A stretch of 64,000 nucleotides of DNA from Paramecium tetraurelia (Eukaryota), in NCBI GenBank assembly GCA_000165425.1, contig CT868037.1:62001-126000 (forward strand), in the 5' to 3' direction. Positions 62,601-64,000 of this stretch are shown here, one piece after another (the first letter of the stretch is position 1; each line of letters opens with the position of its first letter). Under the pieces are notes generated by a model, which searched no databases, was not told the origin of the DNA, and saw only the letters and a list, made by a program, of their open reading frames with translations. The position numbers were made by a program, and so were the translations under genes.

Positions 62601-64000
62601 TTTACTCATTTCTTGTGTAATCCCAATTAATCTACCATACTCATCGAATAACAGATAATTTTGGGATTCTGTTATTTTAGTCAGACCACCAATTAATGTA
62701 AAATCATCCAAGAAATTGTAGTTATTATAAATATTAATGTATTAAGGTATTAAAAATCCAGTCTTCGATCTACCAAACGTGATAACGTCTTTAAAAACAA
62801 GGTCTGTTTTTGCTTCCTTGATATAAGATTGTAGAAATCTATCGTGTTATTAGCCGAAATGCTATGGCATCAATTCTCTGATATTAACAATTTAGTTAAT
62901 TTCCATCACAGAATACCCAAAATAATTTGCTAATTGACTTTTATTGATATTTAATATTTATCCTAATTGTTTTACCATACTAAGGATGACCAGGATAGTG
63001 TTATCATTCAAAATGTTCGATCTTGACAATGTCTTTTATTGAAGTTCTGTGGTTATTAGATCTGAAATTTTCTATTCACATAAAAGTGAGATACAGTAAT
63101 CATTTAATACAAAACTGTGGAACATAGAACAAATTTTCAAAGTTAAAACGTCTTCACAAGATTTTATGAATTCTACTTTTACCACATTGATTTACTACGC
63201 TCTTAAGTATAGAATACAGTCAATTATTTTTTTGCTTAATGGTAGTGCAAATGTTTAAAATTCATATATTGATTGGCATCCTTTTATCTAAAATCTCCAA
63301 ATACTTATCTTATATTAAATAATATCAAGTAGTGCCTTTTAGAAGTACTCCTCTAATTAACAAAATTGATACAATTCAAATGTTGTGATTCTTTTCTCAT
63401 TATTGATATCATTTTTTAGTGACTAAACTTGTTTATTCTGATAAATCTTCTAAACTTCCTGAATCCTTTTCTGTAAGTGCAAATCAATTCTTTCCTTAAT
63501 TAAACTATAATAATAGGACTTCCGATAATTAACATTCTATTCAAATCTCTTAAATTGAACATAGGCTACAAGTGGTTTTTTTCTGACAAAGACCAGAAAA
63601 GTGACAAATAGTAACTGTGTTTCCTCGATTTCATTCTTTTATTCATTTAATAGTTCAATGAACATTTCAGTGATCAGATACAATCCCAATTTATAGTAAT
63701 CAGACATGTTTGTGCTTTTATTACTAATCAGAGCCTTTTGTTTGAATTTTGCAAACTTTTCATTGTTGATCAACTGAAAAATGAGTATATGTTGTCTGGT
63801 TATAGAGTTAGAATTAATATTGGAAATGCAAGAATACAATTCGTAGATTAGATTGAGTTGTCTAGTTTATGTGATGAGGTTGTATTGATAAAGAAAGGTG
63901 AATAAATGATTTCCTATAATTAATCCGAGACTGAGAACGAACATCATGTAAATTGCTATTTACTCTTCAGGGAATGTTCTATTTTTAGATGCAACATTCA
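59666..64000 (-). CDS. Large PAS-domain multi-pass membrane protein (TmcB/TmcC-like), 5' end outside window
   Basis: PAS-like GQILNINKSQLANYFGYSVMEI..IRELMPQHFGQQHDRFLQSY..FGRSKTGFLIP; several TM segments; terminal IRLLITLLPLEIM..TGA 59666; short intron near 62106-62127. Confidence 0.8.

Noticed and set aside
1..64000. Frequent in-frame TAA/TAG suggesting widespread pseudogenes
   Set aside because: They fall at Gln positions in conserved motifs across all genes; explained by ciliate genetic code 6.

Overview
AT-rich, very gene-dense eukaryotic DNA from a ciliate, most likely Paramecium macronuclear genome. Long reading frames only make sense if TAA/TAG encode Gln and TGA is the sole stop (genetic code 6). 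Genes are interrupted by tiny 20-33 nt GT..AG introns, and many intergenic gaps are under 100 nt. The supplied ORF track uses the standard code, so it fragments real genes and lists many spurious antisense ORFs; I re-translated the window by eye. About 35 protein-coding genes can be supported. They include Ku80 (5' truncated), a DDX27/Drs1-type DEAD-box helicase, an HRN pseudokinase, a FYVE-like/CaaX protein, a divergent importin-alpha, a B-box/Kelch protein, two LamG-like secreted proteins, a Mad3/BubR1-like protein, a TAF13-like protein, PI-PLC, a CELF-type RRM protein, a LENG8/Thp3-like protein, a PKA regulatory subunit, a TauE/SafE transporter, a tandem-PX protein, an SCI1-like protein, two trichocyst matrix proteins, an alpha/beta hydrolase, a jacalin protein and a large PAS multi-pass membrane protein (5' part outside the window). 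The standout is an intronless 686-aa gene at 49407-51467. It appears to fuse a bacterial/phage-type GH108 (lysozyme-like) peptidoglycan module, a DUF1598-like domain and a C-terminal Zn finger, and is a candidate horizontally acquired cytosolic bacterial sensor or effector. All family assignments come from motif recognition by eye, not database searches, and exon boundaries are manual. No rRNA, tRNA, CRISPR or telomeric repeats were recognised.
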